Under the pieces are notes generated by a model that did not search any database, was not told where the DNA came from, and saw only the letters and a program-made list of their open reading frames with translations. Below are positions 31,764 to 43,031 of a stretch of DNA of 64,000 bases, one piece after another. The position numbers and the translations under genes were made by a program. This DNA comes from Acidobacteriota bacterium (GTDB lineage: Bacteria > Acidobacteriota > UBA890 > WLXD01), in the NCBI GenBank assembly GCA_965205505.1, contig CBDBHB010000009.1, forward strand, positions 1,056,001 through 1,120,000. The letters run 5' to 3'. The first letter of the stretch is position 1; every line of letters begins with the position of its first letter.

Positions 31764-33029
31764 TCAGGGCGTGCGGCGCTCTCCGATCGCGTAGAGGCCG
31801 CTGGCAGTGCGGATGAAGATCTGACCGTCGGAGATCGCTGGCGAGCTCAGCGTGTAGTCGCCGAGGTCGTTCTCGGCCAGGATCTCGAACTCCGGCCCAG
31901 ATTTGATCACGCTGGTGAGGCCGTCCTCGTTGGTGATGTAGATCTTTCCGTCGGCCAGCACCGGCGAGGCGCTGTAGGTGCCGACCGCGAGACGAATCGG
32001 ACCGTAGATGCGCTCGCCGGTCTTGGCATCGAGGCAGAAAATGACACCGTTGTCTTTGATGCTGTAGAAGTAGCGCCCGTCGGTTACGGGCGTGGGTACG
32101 TCGGGTCCGTCGTTGAACGACCATAGGCGGTGCGTCTCGGTGATATCGCCGCGGCCGCCGGCGCGCAGCGCCAGCAGCGGCCGTTCTCGCGTCGGCGCGT
32201 AGATAACCCTGTCCATGACGACGGCTGACGCGACGATGCGGTAGGCGCCGTTGTTCTCGGGGTTGAGGCCGTCGGAGCGCCAGAGCTCCTCGCCGGTGCC
32301 GGGGTCGTGCCCGGTCACCACGTCGCCGCCGGTGAGCACGATCTCGGTGGTGTCGTCGTATTGCAGCAACGCCGGTGTGCCATAGGAGTCGGGAGACTCA
32401 CGGATGGCGTCGGTGGGGCGCTCGACACGCCACATGGTCTCGCCGGTGGCTGCGTTGATGCGGAGCAGGTACGGTGTGTCGTCGGTCTTCATGCCGTGCA
32501 GCACCTGCACGAAGAGCGCGCTGTCGTACAGCAGCGGCGACGATGCGTAGCCCCAGTTCAACCCGAACCTTCCATAGTCGGCCGGGATGTCGCGACTCCA
32601 GCGCTCGTTGCCGTCGAAGTCGAAGGCCTTGAGGATGCCGGTGCCGGTCATCACCCACACGTGTGTGCCGTCGGTGACCGGCGAAGGCGACGACATATTC
32701 TGCTTACGTTCGCGGTGATCGTTGTCGCTCAGCACCCGCCCCCAGCGGCTCTTGCCGGTGGCTCGATCGATTGCCCAGAGCGAGATGTTGGTGCCGTCAC
32801 CGACGTTCAGGAACACCGTGTCGTCCCAGACGATCGGCGTGGCGCCGCTCCAAGCCGGCAGCTCCAGCTTCCAGGTGATGTTGGTGTCGGCGTCCCAGGT
32901 CGTGGGCAGCCCGGTCTCGGCGCTTACGCCGTTGAGCGCCGGTCCGCGCCACTGCGGCCAGTTGTCTCCCTGGCTGCTGGAGGCGGAAGCAAGTAGGATG
33001 ACGAGCGCTGGAATCAGGCTTCTACGCAA
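31764..33029 (-). CDS. PQQ-like/BamB-type beta-propeller protein
   Basis: NWPQWRGP; [14 protein letters not shown]. Confidence 0.9.
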   Translation of the reverse strand: MRRSLIPALVILLASASSSQGDNWPQWRGPALNGVSAETGLPTTWDADTNITWKLELPAWSGATPIVWDDTVFLNVGDGTNISLWAIDRATGKSRWGRVLSDNDHRERKQNMSSPSPVTDGTHVWVMTGTGILKAFDFDGNERWSRDIPADYGRFGLNWGYASSPLLYDSALFVQVLHGMKTDDTPYLLRINAATGETMWRVERPTDAIRESPDSYGTPALLQYDDTTEIVLTGGDVVTGHDPGTGEELWRSDGLNPENNGAYRIVASAVVMDRVIYAPTRERPLLALRAGGRGDITETHRLWSFNDGPDVPTPVTDGRYFYSIKDNGVIFCLDAKTGERIYGPIRLAVGTYSASPVLADGKIYITNEDGLTSVIKSGPEFEILAENDLGDYTLSSPAISDGQIFIRTASGLYAIGERRTP

Positions 33030-33101
33030 CGGGGGGTCCTCGGCCGAGGTGGGCAGGTCGGGGCTCAGAGTGTCGGTTCATTGTAGCGGCCTGAGCGGCG
33101 G

Positions 33102-35063
33102 TTGGCGCGGCATTGGGGGTGGAGCATGACGGCGCTCGCGTTGTTGCAGGTTGGGGTGACCGCGATTGCGGCGCGCCAGATCGGTCGGTGGCTGATGGGC
33201 TCGCGGTGGGCTTTGGGACCCGCAGGGTTGCAGCTCGCGGCGGAGACCGGCGTTGGCTTGCTGCTGATCTCGTACCTCATCTACGGCGCAGCGATGATCG
33301 GCTATGTGCTGCCCGTCGGGGGAGTCTTGTCACCGACCCTACTGTGGGTGCTGCTCGGAGTGCTCGCCATGATCGCGCTGGTTGGCATTCCCGACTTGTT
33401 GGGAGCAGTTCGTATAGCCGGCGTGGCGCTGGGCCGCGAGCGCTGGTTGATATTCGGGGCGCTTGGCGCGCTGCTCTATTTCGCCTGGATGCTGATGGGA
33501 ACGACCCTGCCTCCCACATCGCTTGACGAAATGGTCTATCACCTCGAGATTCCGGCGCAGATCCTGCGCGTCGGCTACTTGCCGGTGTTTACCGACAACG
33601 TGTTGGCCTACTACCCGATGGGTCCGCAGATGTTGTTTACCTTCGGTCTGGGTATTGCGGGCGACATGGCGGCACGGATGTTCCACCTGCTCTACCTCGG
33701 GCTGGTCATGACCGCACTGTACAGCTACGCACGCACGTTCGTACCGACCCGAAGCGCAGTCCTCGGGACGGCGCTGTTCATGACCGTGCCCACGGTGATG
33801 GTGATCGGTCACTGGGCGTACATCGACATGAACTTCACGCTGTACGGTTTGCTGGCTTTGGTTGGCACTATTCGCTACGTGAACGAGCGCCAGGAAAGCG
33901 AAGCCGCGGCGCTTCGCTGGGCCGTGTTCGCCGGCGTGATGGCCGGGGCGGCGTGGACGGTCAAGTACACGGCGCTGCAGATCGTGCTGCTGCTCGTGCT
34001 GGTAGTGCTCATCGAGCACCTGCGCACGCGTCCTCGAGAGATTCCCTACGGAACGGTCGTAATCGGCGTGATCGCGGTTCTGATGTTCGCTCCCTACCTG
34101 GCGCGGACCTGGAGCATCACGGGCTGGCCGCTGTTTCCCTTCCGCTTGGGTCCGTTCGAGCTCACCGACGCGGTGAACTGGAGCGCCCATCAGTCGGAGC
34201 TCGCGCTCGTCTGGCAACGCCAGTACGGCGCCGGCTACGACCGGGCTCTCTGGGAGCGCTTGATGGCGATGCTGTGGGTGTTTACCTCCGCCGACGCCAA
34301 CTACACGGCCTATGACGGGGTGATCGGCAGCGGGTTCCTGCTTGCCCCATTGGCCTTCACGGTGCGCAACCGCCCGCGTGAGATCCGCATGCTTGGGGTG
34401 TTTGCCGCGGGGTTTATCTTCTACTGGTCATTGACCACGACGCAGGTGCGTTTCCTGTTGCCGATGTTGCCGATAGCAGCCGTCCTGGTGGCGGTGGCTG
34501 CCGCCGATCGATTCAAGCCAATTTGGACAACGCTAATCGGGCTCTTGGTGGCGCTCAACATCTTCGTCGGGCTCGACACGGTGTTTGCGGGTCGCCCGCA
34601 GTTGTTCTGGTCGGGGCAGGAAACGCGCCACGAATTCCTGACGCGGAGGTTGATCGCCTATCAGATCTACGTCGAGGCCAATCGTCGACTGGGGCCGGGC
34701 GACCGGCTCTATCTGGTGAACATGCGCACCTGGGGGTATCTGTTGGACCTGCCGGGCCGCGGCGAGATGAAGCCGTTTCCCAACGGTTGGCGCTCCGACT
34801 ACACCTTCGAGCACTACCGCCTCGAGCGCGCCCTCGTGGAGGCCGCCGGTCCGGGCGGCGTCGCCACCTTCTTCCGCGACCAGGGCATCACGCACTTGAT
34901 GATCGACGAGGAGATAACGCTGTCGTCCGATGCGCTGGCGCCCCGCGAGCTCCGGCTGATGGTGGAGTTCTTGCGCCGTCACGGCACTTTGCTGTACCGC
35001 AACCCGCGTGATGCCGGGCAGTCGCTGTGGCGCCTGAACATCGGGGGAGAGCCGCGATCTTGA
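33102..35063 (+). CDS. Multi-TM GT-C-fold (ArnT/PMT-like) glycosyltransferase-like protein
   Basis: DEMVYHL, AYID, VKYT, QVRFLLP motifs; many TM helices. Confidence 0.7.
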   Translation: MARHWGWSMTALALLQVGVTAIAARQIGRWLMGSRWALGPAGLQLAAETGVGLLLISYLIYGAAMIGYVLPVGGVLSPTLLWVLLGVLAMIALVGIPDLLGAVRIAGVALGRERWLIFGALGALLYFAWMLMGTTLPPTSLDEMVYHLEIPAQILRVGYLPVFTDNVLAYYPMGPQMLFTFGLGIAGDMAARMFHLLYLGLVMTALYSYARTFVPTRSAVLGTALFMTVPTVMVIGHWAYIDMNFTLYGLLALVGTIRYVNERQESEAAALRWAVFAGVMAGAAWTVKYTALQIVLLLVLVVLIEHLRTRPREIPYGTVVIGVIAVLMFAPYLARTWSITGWPLFPFRLGPFELTDAVNWSAHQSELALVWQRQYGAGYDRALWERLMAMLWVFTSADANYTAYDGVIGSGFLLAPLAFTVRNRPREIRMLGVFAAGFIFYWSLTTTQVRFLLPMLPIAAVLVAVAAADRFKPIWTTLIGLLVALNIFVGLDTVFAGRPQLFWSGQETRHEFLTRRLIAYQIYVEANRRLGPGDRLYLVNMRTWGYLLDLPGRGEMKPFPNGWRSDYTFEHYRLERALVEAAGPGGVATFFRDQGITHLMIDEEITLSSDALAPRELRLMVEFLRRHGTLLYRNPRDAGQSLWRLNIGGEPRS

Positions 35064-36166
35064 TGAAGCTGGCCTACCAACGATACGTGCTCCCCGGAAT
35101 CATCTTTCAATCGGTGCTCATCGGCGGGGCGTACGCCACCGGGCGCGAGATCGTCGAGTACGGCGCCAGATTCGGTGCCGCCGGTGTGTGGAGCGTCGTG
35201 GCGATTGGCATCGGCTTCTCGCTGATCAGCGCGGTGTGCTACGAGTTCGCTCGTGTGACCGGCGCGTTCGACTATCGCACCTTGGTACGCGAGCTCATTG
35301 GTCCCGCCTGGCCGCTCTTTGATGTGCTCTACGTCGCCATGGCGGTAGTAGTGATCGCCGTGGTGAGCGCCGCTACCGGCAGCGTCGCCGAGCGCGTGCT
35401 CGGAGCGCCGTACTGGCTGGGTGTGGGGCTGGTGATCGTGCTCGTCGGCTCCATCAACGCTTCTGGCCGCGCCACCATCGAGCGCTTCAAGACGATCGGC
35501 TCGGCGCTTCTGTATGTGGGCTATGCGGCCTTCGCCTGGACGGTGCTGAGCCGGTCGGCGTCCACCGTGGGCAACGCGCTCACCAGCGGGGCAGCGTCGC
35601 TGCCAGCGGAGGTCCCGCTGAGCACGATCCTGGGCACCGGGATGCTCTACGTCGGCTACAACCTGGCCGGCCTGCCCAGCACTCTGTTCGTCATGGATCG
35701 TCATACGTCGCGAAGACAGACCCTCGGAGCCGGACTGATTACCGGCTTGCTGTCGACGGTGCCATTCGTACTCACGTTCTTGGCGGTCATGACGTTCTAC
35801 CCAGACCCCGAGGTGCTCGACGCCGAGGTCCCCTGGCTGACGATGCTGGAGCGCACCGGGGGCGGCTGGCTGATCGCGTTCTACGCGATCGTCGTGCTCT
35901 GGACCCTGGTGGAGACCGGCGTGGGCATGATCCACGCCATGATCGACCGCATCTCGGCGAGCCGCGTCGAGGCTGGCAATGAACCGCTGGGATCAGCGGC
36001 GGCGGGGCTGATCAGCGTCGGTTTGTTAGTGGCCGCGGCGCTGTTGTCGCAGCTGGGAATCATCGCTCTGGTGGCCCAGGGCTACACCTTGATGGCCTAT
36101 GGTTTTCTGGCACTGTTCGCGCTGCCGTTGTTGACGGTCGGGGTGGCCCGTATCTACAGAGCTTGA
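35063..36166 (+). CDS. YkvI-like membrane protein (possible transporter)
   Basis: IGGAYATGREIVEYG motif; multi-TM. Confidence 0.82.
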   Translation: MKLAYQRYVLPGIIFQSVLIGGAYATGREIVEYGARFGAAGVWSVVAIGIGFSLISAVCYEFARVTGAFDYRTLVRELIGPAWPLFDVLYVAMAVVVIAVVSAATGSVAERVLGAPYWLGVGLVIVLVGSINASGRATIERFKTIGSALLYVGYAAFAWTVLSRSASTVGNALTSGAASLPAEVPLSTILGTGMLYVGYNLAGLPSTLFVMDRHTSRRQTLGAGLITGLLSTVPFVLTFLAVMTFYPDPEVLDAEVPWLTMLERTGGGWLIAFYAIVVLWTLVETGVGMIHAMIDRISASRVEAGNEPLGSAAAGLISVGLLVAAALLSQLGIIALVAQGYTLMAYGFLALFALPLLTVGVARIYRA

Positions 36167-36207
36167 CAGCCGCGTTTCGATTAATCAGTCTATCCGCATG
36201 AACGGAT
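36163..36207 (+). promoter_or_regulatory. Likely leaderless promoter with palindromic operator over the start codon
   Basis: TTGACA-N17-CAGTCT, then ATG at 36198; ATCCG-CATGAA-CGGAT at 36192-36207. Confidence 0.6.
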
Positions 36208-37157
36208 TGACCGTCACGATCGAAGAGCCCCGTATATTCGACTTGTTGGCCAACCTCGCCGACACCACCCGCACGCGCCTGTTGCTGGTGCTCGAGGGCC
36301 AGGAGTTCACGGTCGGCGAGCTCTGCACCGTGTTGCAGATGCCGCAATCTACGGTAAGCCGGCACTTGAAAGTGCTGGCCGAGGACGGATGGCTGGCGGC
36401 CCTGCCAGACGGCACTAGCCGACGGTATCGAATGTTGGCCCGCAGTCTGCATCACGAGGCAGCCGAGTTGTGGGCGCTGGTGCGGGAGCGCTCGGTGCGT
36501 CTGCCTGCCGCCCGTCAAGACGCTTCGCGGGTGCGCGCCGTGCTGACCGCTCGGCGCAGCCGCTCGCAGGAGTTCTTTGCCTCCGCCGCCGACGATTGGG
36601 ATCGTCTGCGGCGCGACATGTTCGGCGAGCGCATCGATTTGCAGGCGCTACTTGGCCTTGCCGATCCGAACTGGGTGGCCGGCGACCTGGGCTGCGGGAC
36701 GGGACGCATTGCCGAGTCGTTAGCACCGTTCGTCCGCCGTGTGGTGGCGGTCGATAGCTCACGCGAGATGCTCCGGGCGGCTCGCGATCGCCTGCGCGAG
36801 CTCGGCAACGTCGACGTGCGGGAGGGTCGGCTGGAGTCCCTGCCGCTGGCCGACGGCGAGCTCGACGTGGCCATCATGTTCCTGGTGCTCCATTACATCG
36901 TGCAGCCCGAGGCAGCGCTCGCTGAGGCGGCGCGGACGCTGCGTCCGAACGGGCGACTGTTGATCGCCGACATGACGCCGCACGACCGGCGCGCCTACCA
37001 GCACGACATGGGGCACGCCTGGTTGGGATTCTCGCGCCAGCAAATCGCTGGTTGGCTGCGCGACGCCGGATTGAATTCGATCACCCACTACGAGCTACCG
37101 CCGGACCCCGACGCGTCGGGACCAGCGATCTTCGTCGCCTCGGCACGCCGGGCGTAG
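36198..37157 (+). CDS. ArsR HTH + SAM-methyltransferase-domain regulator (SahR-like)
   Basis: [14 protein letters not shown]; DLGCGTG; directly upstream of ahcY. Confidence 0.9.
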   Translation: MNGLTVTIEEPRIFDLLANLADTTRTRLLLVLEGQEFTVGELCTVLQMPQSTVSRHLKVLAEDGWLAALPDGTSRRYRMLARSLHHEAAELWALVRERSVRLPAARQDASRVRAVLTARRSRSQEFFASAADDWDRLRRDMFGERIDLQALLGLADPNWVAGDLGCGTGRIAESLAPFVRRVVAVDSSREMLRAARDRLRELGNVDVREGRLESLPLADGELDVAIMFLVLHYIVQPEAALAEAARTLRPNGRLLIADMTPHDRRAYQHDMGHAWLGFSRQQIAGWLRDAGLNSITHYELPPDPDASGPAIFVASARRA

Positions 37158-37168
37158 GAGCAATCAGA

Positions 37169-38668
37169 ATGGAAACCGTTACCGAACAGCTGCACCCCTT
37201 CGACGCCGCGCGCCAGATCAACCGTGAGCCCTTCAAGGTTGCCGATCTGACGCTGGCCGGGCTCGGCCGCAAGGAGATCACCCTGGCGGAGCACGAGATG
37301 CCCGGGTTGATGGAGGTTCGTCGTCGCTACAGCGGCGAGCAGCCGCTGGCTGGCGCCAAGATCATGGGCAGTCTCCACATGACGGTGCAGACCGCCGTGC
37401 TGATCGAGACGTTGGTCGATCTCGGGGCCGACCTACGCTGGGTGTCGTGCAATATTTTTTCTACCCAAGATCCGGCAGCGGCAGCGGTCGCGGTGGGGCG
37501 TCCCGAGACCGGCGGTACGGTCGACAACCCGCGTGGTGTTCCCGTGTACGCCTGGAAAGGGGAGACCTTGGAGGAGTACTGGTGGTGCACCTCCGAGGCG
37601 TTGACTTGGCCCGATGGCTCTGGGCCCGACCTGATTGTCGATGACGGCGGCGATGCCACGCTGGTGATCCACAAGGGATTTGAGTTCGAGGAGGCTGGGG
37701 CGATACCGCACTTCGACCCCGACTCTGACCCCGAGGAGTGGGGTGTGATCCTCGGCCTGCTTCGTAGCGATCTGGAGCGCGATCCGCAGCGCTGGCACAA
37801 GATCGCAGCGTCGCTGCGCGGTGTCTCCGAAGAAACCACCACGGGCGTCAACCGGCTTCGGCAGATGGAAAAGGCCGGCACGCTGTTGGTGCCGGCGATG
37901 AACGTCAACGACTCGGTTACCAAGTCGAAGTTCGACAACATCTACGGTTGCCGCCATTCGGTGCTGGATGGACTCAACCGCGCCACCGACGTCATGATCG
38001 GCGGTAAGCTGGCCGTGGTCTGTGGGTTCGGTGAGGTCGGCAAGGGGTGCGCCCAGGCATTGCGTGGCCAGGGAGCGCGCGTGATCGTCACCGAGATCGA
38101 TCCGATCTGTGCACTGCAGGCGGCGATGGAGGGCTACGAAGTACGAACGCTCGAGAGCGTCGTCGATTCTGCCGACATCTTCGTTACGTCCACCGGCAAC
38201 TTCGACATCATTACCGCCGACCACATGGCGTCGATGAAGGACAAGGCCATCGTCTGCAACATCGGCCATTTCGACAACGAGATCGACATGGCCGGCCTGG
38301 CTCGCCTGCCCGGTATCGAGAAGGTCAACGTCAAGCCGCAGTATGACGAGTGGATCTTCGCCGACGGCCATAGCGTGCTCGTGCTCGCCGAGGGCCGCCT
38401 GATGAACCTCGGTTGCGCCACCGGCCACCCGAGCTTCGTGATGTCGGCGTCGTTTACCAACCAGGTGCTGGCGCAGATGGCGTTGTGGAAGAACGACGAG
38501 GGTTTCGGCAGACAGGTGTACGTGCTGCCCAAGAAGCTCGATGAGGAAGTCGCCCGGCTACACCTGGAGCACCTGAGCGTCGAGCTCACGCGCCTCACCC
38601 AGGAGCAGGCCGACTACTTGGGTGTGGACATCGACGGTCCGTACAAGACCGACGAGTATCGCTACTAG
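37169..38668 (+). CDS. ahcY: Adenosylhomocysteinase
   Basis: [34 protein letters not shown]. Confidence 0.98.
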   Translation: METVTEQLHPFDAARQINREPFKVADLTLAGLGRKEITLAEHEMPGLMEVRRRYSGEQPLAGAKIMGSLHMTVQTAVLIETLVDLGADLRWVSCNIFSTQDPAAAAVAVGRPETGGTVDNPRGVPVYAWKGETLEEYWWCTSEALTWPDGSGPDLIVDDGGDATLVIHKGFEFEEAGAIPHFDPDSDPEEWGVILGLLRSDLERDPQRWHKIAASLRGVSEETTTGVNRLRQMEKAGTLLVPAMNVNDSVTKSKFDNIYGCRHSVLDGLNRATDVMIGGKLAVVCGFGEVGKGCAQALRGQGARVIVTEIDPICALQAAMEGYEVRTLESVVDSADIFVTSTGNFDIITADHMASMKDKAIVCNIGHFDNEIDMAGLARLPGIEKVNVKPQYDEWIFADGHSVLVLAEGRLMNLGCATGHPSFVMSASFTNQVLAQMALWKNDEGFGRQVYVLPKKLDEEVARLHLEHLSVELTRLTQEQADYLGVDIDGPYKTDEYRY

Positions 38669-38692
38669 TGGTCTGTAACAGATGATCGTTGC
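38665..38692 (+). repeat. Dispersed repeat family A, copy 1
   Basis: CTAGTGGTCTGTAACAGATGATCGTTGC; its CTAG contains the ahcY stop. Confidence 0.8.
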
Positions 38693-38811
38693 TTATCGTG
38701 GCGGCGAAATCGGCCCGTCTGCGGCGTTGCTCCCCGCCCGCCGGAGCCGCGCCCGCCGGTGGGGCACTCAGCAGTGGCCGCCGCCTACCTTTTGAGCGCT
38801 CCCGCAGGGAC

Positions 38812-39297
38812 TCAGTCGTCCAGCGGTGGAATGCGCAGCACCTGACCGGGATAGATCCGGTCTGGGTCCTCCAGCAGCGGCCGGTTTGCCTCGAAGATCA
38901 CCATGTACTTCATGGCATTGCCGTACTGCGTCTTGGCGATGCCCGACAGGGTGTCGCCGCGCTCGACCGTGTAGAACACCGGATCCGGAGCATCGCCTTC
39001 GAGGCTCAGCTGGTCGTCGATCTGCGACACGCCGCGGACGTTGCCTACTGCCAGGATGATCTTCTCGCGCTGCTCGACGGAGGAGGCGGTTCCCTGCACG
39101 GTTACGACGCCGTCGGCGTATCCGATGCTGAGATCGTCGGGGGCGAGGTTGTGCTTGGTGAGCATCAGGTGCAGCGTCGCCGCCGAGGTGTTTGCCCCTG
39201 CCGGCTTGACCTCCGGTACCTCGGTGACCTCGGGCTCGTTGTCGTCCAGGCCGAGCAGCTTCTCACCGGCTTCCTTGACGAAACTGAACAGGCTCAT
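38812..39297 (-). CDS. kbp: BON + LysM potassium-binding protein (Kbp/YgaU)
   Basis: MSLFSFVKEAGEKL; YTVERGDTLS...IYPGQVLRIP. Confidence 0.9.
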   Translation of the reverse strand: MSLFSFVKEAGEKLLGLDDNEPEVTEVPEVKPAGANTSAATLHLMLTKHNLAPDDLSIGYADGVVTVQGTASSVEQREKIILAVGNVRGVSQIDDQLSLEGDAPDPVFYTVERGDTLSGIAKTQYGNAMKYMVIFEANRPLLEDPDRIYPGQVLRIPPLDD

Positions 39298-39372
39298 CAG
39301 ATGCTCCTCGCTGGGCGAGCTCCGCGGTCGGTTGACTCTGGCTGACGGCAGCGGGGCGCACTATAACGCAGT

Positions 39373-39406
39373 CTAGCAGCCGCGGTGAAAGTGTGGTGGG
39401 TCTGGC
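39373..39406 (-). repeat. Dispersed repeat family B copy
   Basis: CTAGCAGCCGCGGTGAAAGTGTGGTGGGTCTGGC. Confidence 0.8.
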
Positions 39407-39425
39407 TACGGCGAGTCTCCTGGCC

Positions 39426-40025
39426 TCAGAGCGGCCGCCAGACGAATCCTTCGCCGCGACGTAGAAACACGGCGATCGCACGACCGTAGATGTTCTCTTC
39501 GGAAATGCGACCGAACATGCGGCCGTCGTGGCTGTTGCCGCGATAGTCTCCCATCACCAACACGTGGCCTGGCTCGATCGTCACCGGGCCGTACGGCCCG
39601 CCGCCGCCGTTCGAAAGGTTCAGCTCCGCCTGCCGCTCACCGAAGCCCTCGATCCACGCATCTTCGGTGATCTTCCGGCTCTCACCGTTGACCATCAGCA
39701 CGCCGCGTCGGATCTCGACATCGTCGCCGGCGACCGCCACCACGCGTTTGATCAGCCGCTTGCCAGTCTCGGGGGAATCGAAGACCACCACCTCGCCCAC
39801 ACGGGGGGTGTTGCCGTCGGTAAGCTGCCAGCCGAGGAACGGCACGCGGAAGCCATACGTAGTCTTGTTGACGAGCACGCGATCACCGGGCATTAGCGTG
39901 TATTCCATCGAGCTCGTCGGCACGACGTAATGGTCGGCGAGTGATGAACGACCGGAGAACAGCACCAACGCCAGGGCGGCGATGGCCAGGACTTCCTTGC
40001 CGATAGAGCGAATACGACTTCCCAT
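39426..40025 (-). CDS. lepB: Signal peptidase I
   Basis: VPTSSM, GDRVLV, IKRV, GDYRGNSHDGR. Confidence 0.92.
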   Translation of the reverse strand: MGSRIRSIGKEVLAIAALALVLFSGRSSLADHYVVPTSSMEYTLMPGDRVLVNKTTYGFRVPFLGWQLTDGNTPRVGEVVVFDSPETGKRLIKRVVAVAGDDVEIRRGVLMVNGESRKITEDAWIEGFGERQAELNLSNGGGGPYGPVTIEPGHVLVMGDYRGNSHDGRMFGRISEENIYGRAIAVFLRRGEGFVWRPL

Positions 40026-40139
40026 TGTCCTGAGATTCTGCACGCTTGCCCGGGCTAGGTGCTAGCCGGATTCCGCATTCATCCCCCGGGGTCCTCGGCC
40101 AACACGCGAGTGGCACCGGATGCGAACCTCATGACTCGT

Positions 40140-40316
40140 CCTGGCCGGATCTATCTCTGCAGTGAGGATGGGGAGATTCTGGTGCTGCGTGCCGACAGCA
40201 GCTTCGAGCACATCGCGACCAACTCGATGGGCGAGCTTCTGATGGCCACGCCGGCGCTATCGGACGGCGTGATGTACGTGCGTGGCGAGCGTAGTCTGTT
40301 CGCCATCGCCCGCTGA
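40140..40316 (+). pseudogene. 3' remnant of a PQQ-like beta-propeller gene
   Basis: [10 protein letters not shown]...[21 protein letters not shown] matches the C-termini of the intact paralogs. Confidence 0.8.
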
Positions 40317-40384
40317 TCCTTCACGGCGAGGCGATGATTCGAGGCATCGCCAAGCCACCGGGGATGTGAACCGAGGAGATTGAC

Positions 40385-40645
40385 ATGCGGTTGTCTACCC
40401 GAGCGTTCGCGCTTACCTGCGGGGTGTTCTTCGGCGGCACCGTAGCCGTTGTCGGCGCCTTGAACATGCTGTTCCCGAGCTACGGCGCCACCGTGCTGGG
40501 TCTGTTCGCGGCCCTCTTCCCCGGGTATGAGGCCAGCGGTGCGCTCACCGACTGGGTGGCCGGCATCGTCCTGGCATTTGTCGACGGCGTCGTCGGTGGT
40601 AGCGTTTTCGCGTGGTTCTACAACCGGTTTGCCGACGTCGATTGA
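40385..40645 (+). CDS. Small membrane protein of unknown function
   Basis: RBS AGGAG; hydrophobic; PGY and AWFYNRF motifs. Confidence 0.75.
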   Translation: MRLSTRAFALTCGVFFGGTVAVVGALNMLFPSYGATVLGLFAALFPGYEASGALTDWVAGIVLAFVDGVVGGSVFAWFYNRFADVD

Positions 40646-40754
40646 GCTGCGCTCCGTCGAGCGTAAGGCCGAGTCGCCCAACGCTGTTACCCTGGTGTGC
40701 GTGGCTGTCACAGAGGGCTTGGCCGAGCCACGCTCAGAGCAAGCAGGAGGCCGG

Positions 40755-41246
40755 ATGACCCGCTATAGCTGGATCGACTCCCCCTTGGGCCGCCTGCTGG
40801 GCGTAGTCGATGCAGCCGGTCTGCGGATGTTGGATTTCGAGGGGTCGCGGAGCGGCGCGCTCGCAGATGAGTGGATCGAAGACGCCGAGGCGCTGGCGGA
40901 CACTTGCGGGCAGCTTGACGAGTACTTTGCCGGCCAGCGGCGTACCTTCGATCTGCCGCTGGCGCCGCATGGCACCGCGTTTCGGCAACGAGTTTGGGAG
41001 CAGCTGCGGATGATCGACTACGGTAAGACGATCTCCTATGGGGAGCTCGCCCGGCGAGTCGGCGATCCCAACGCCGTCCGGGCGGTAGGGCTGGCCAATG
41101 GCGCCAACCCGATCGCGATTATCATTCCTTGCCATCGCGTGATCGGCGCCGACGGCAGCCTGACCGGGTATGGCGGTGGTGTCGAGCGCAAGCGCACGTT
41201 GCTCGAGTTGGAAGGCGTGGCGGCACAGCCGAACTTATTCGACTGA
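40755..41246 (+). CDS. ogt: Methylated-DNA-[protein]-cysteine S-methyltransferase
   Basis: RAVG, IPCHRV, LTGYGGG. Confidence 0.96.
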   Translation: MTRYSWIDSPLGRLLGVVDAAGLRMLDFEGSRSGALADEWIEDAEALADTCGQLDEYFAGQRRTFDLPLAPHGTAFRQRVWEQLRMIDYGKTISYGELARRVGDPNAVRAVGLANGANPIAIIIPCHRVIGADGSLTGYGGGVERKRTLLELEGVAAQPNLFD

Positions 41247-41318
41247 GCGCCGTCGCACGCATCGCGTGCGGCCATCAGCGCCGTGCAGACAGCGCCGCGG
41301 AACGACCGAGCCGGCTTT

Positions 41319-41741
41319 TCATTCAGCGATTCCGGCGGCTCGGACGAACATCGGTCGCAGGTCGCCCGGCACGCGGCAAGAGCGGCTCTGCGCGTTGATC
41401 CACACATGGTCGGTCCGCCCGGTCGCTAGCAACACGGAGTCGCGACGGACTTCGTAGGCGAATTGCATGCCGCGGCTACCGAGACCCTGGATCCACGAGG
41501 TCACTTCGACGGTGTCGCCGTAGCGTGCTGGTCGTCGGTAGCGCACCGACGTGCCGGTCACTGTGAGCCGAAACCCGGTAGGTTCGATGTCGGCGTATGG
41601 GTGTCCGGCATCGGCACATAGCCTGGTCCGCGACAGCTCGAACCACACGAGGTAGTTGGCATGATGCACGATCCCCATGCCGTCGGTTTCGGCGTAGCGT
41701 ACTTCCACCTGAACCGTTGCCCGCTGTGGCTCACTCATCAT
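41319..41741 (-). CDS. YbgC/YbaW family acyl-CoA thioesterase
   Basis: VRYAETDGMGIVHHANYLVWFE. Confidence 0.92.
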   Translation of the reverse strand: MMSEPQRATVQVEVRYAETDGMGIVHHANYLVWFELSRTRLCADAGHPYADIEPTGFRLTVTGTSVRYRRPARYGDTVEVTSWIQGLGSRGMQFAYEVRRDSVLLATGRTDHVWINAQSRSCRVPGDLRPMFVRAAGIAE

Positions 41742-43023
41742 GCGCCAGCCCCTCCGCCGGCGGGCGCCAAGCGGCGGGCTTGCCTCTCATGTGTCGCCAG
41801 GCCGAGACCGTGGCTATCCACGCGTACATGACCGAAGAAACGGGCAACGTCAGCGCGAAGACCGTCGGTGCACCGAGGTAGCCCACCACCGGCAAGAAGT
41901 GCACCGTGGCCAACAACCATGCCAACATCGCCGGTGCTCCCAACAGCACGTCGAGTCGTATGGCGGCATAGATAGTCAGGGCGGGGGGAAGGGCGAACAT
42001 CAGGAGCACGCCCAGCCACAGGACAGGAATGAGGCTGTAGCGGTAGCGCAGTTGCTGGAAGGTAGCGCGCTCCACGGTGCTGCGGACTCGACCCAGCGAG
42101 CCATAGCTTCGTAGGGACGCGAAGTCGGGATCCAGTCCCAACCAGCATTTGCCGCCGCTACGCTTGATTCGCTTCGCCAGCGCCAGCTCGTCGATGTGGC
42201 CACCGAGAGCTTCCAGGCCGCCGATGTCCTCGAATACTTGGCGGCGAACGAGCATCACGCTCCCCGCGGCGGCAGCGGTTCGCGAGCCCGGATCGGAAGC
42301 GCTACGAAACGGAAACATGAAATGGAAGAAGTACAGAAAGGGCGGGATCAACAGCCATTCCCAAAGCATGTCGCAGCGCCGCTTCACGAGCACGGACACG
42401 AGGTCGAGATCTTCTGCGGCGGCCTTTGACAGCAACCGTCCGACCGAGTTGGTCGGATGAAACACGTCGGCGTCGGTGAACAGGATCCATTGATGTTCTT
42501 TGTCTCCCTCCCAATCGTCCAGAGCGGCCGTCGCCCCGGCATTCAAGGCGTTGAGCTTCCCGCTCCACCCCGGTTCGAGCTCGCTGATGCTGATGATCTG
42601 CAGCTTCTGCTCTGCTTCGGTTCCGAGGGTGAGGCGGGTAGCTAGCGACGCCGTGTTGTCGGATGAGCGATCGTCCACCACCACCAGGCGCTGAAACCAG
42701 TCGCTCTGTTTCAGCAGGCGCGGGAAGGTGCGTGGCAGCTCCGCGGCCTCGTTGCGTGCCGGAATGACGAGCGCTAGCTCGCCATGGTCGCCCGGCCGGG
42801 GCTGTCGCGATGCTGCGTCCAGGTGCAAGCTCCATTGCGACGACCACCAGCGGCGGCGGTCGACCACGATGACAAGCCACAGCAGCAGGCCAGCGGCGGC
42901 GGCCACACGTAGGCCTGAATCGAGTAGTTCCGGCGTCACGGTTGCCTCGGCGAACGGCGGTAGTCCGCGGTGATCGGCATTCTGAGGTAGTGTAGCCGGC
43001 TTCTCGACCGGGTACTGGCGCAC
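41731..43023 (-). CDS. GT2 glycosyltransferase, HpnB (hopanoid-associated)-like
   Basis: IPARNEA, VDDRSSD, GWSGK, FTDAD, AAAAG; C-terminal TMs. Confidence 0.8.
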   Translation of the reverse strand: MRQYPVEKPATLPQNADHRGLPPFAEATVTPELLDSGLRVAAAAGLLLWLVIVVDRRRWWSSQWSLHLDAASRQPRPGDHGELALVIPARNEAAELPRTFPRLLKQSDWFQRLVVVDDRSSDNTASLATRLTLGTEAEQKLQIISISELEPGWSGKLNALNAGATAALDDWEGDKEHQWILFTDADVFHPTNSVGRLLSKAAAEDLDLVSVLVKRRCDMLWEWLLIPPFLYFFHFMFPFRSASDPGSRTAAAAGSVMLVRRQVFEDIGGLEALGGHIDELALAKRIKRSGGKCWLGLDPDFASLRSYGSLGRVRSTVERATFQQLRYRYSLIPVLWLGVLLMFALPPALTIYAAIRLDVLLGAPAMLAWLLATVHFLPVVGYLGAPTVFALTLPVSSVMYAWIATVSAWRHMRGKPAAWRPPAEGLAHDE

Positions 43024-43031
43024 GGTGGAGG

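Noticed and set aside
36100-37168. SAH/SAM riboswitch before ahcY
   Set aside because: No room (11-bp gap) and no consensus; regulation is better explained by the SahR-like protein
40385-40645. Small membrane protein as a phage holin indicating a prophage
   Set aside because: No phage genes nearby; housekeeping context
40699-40733. Hairpin GCGTGGCT...AGCCACGC upstream of ogt
   Set aside because: An 8-bp stem in GC-rich DNA can arise by chance; no other support
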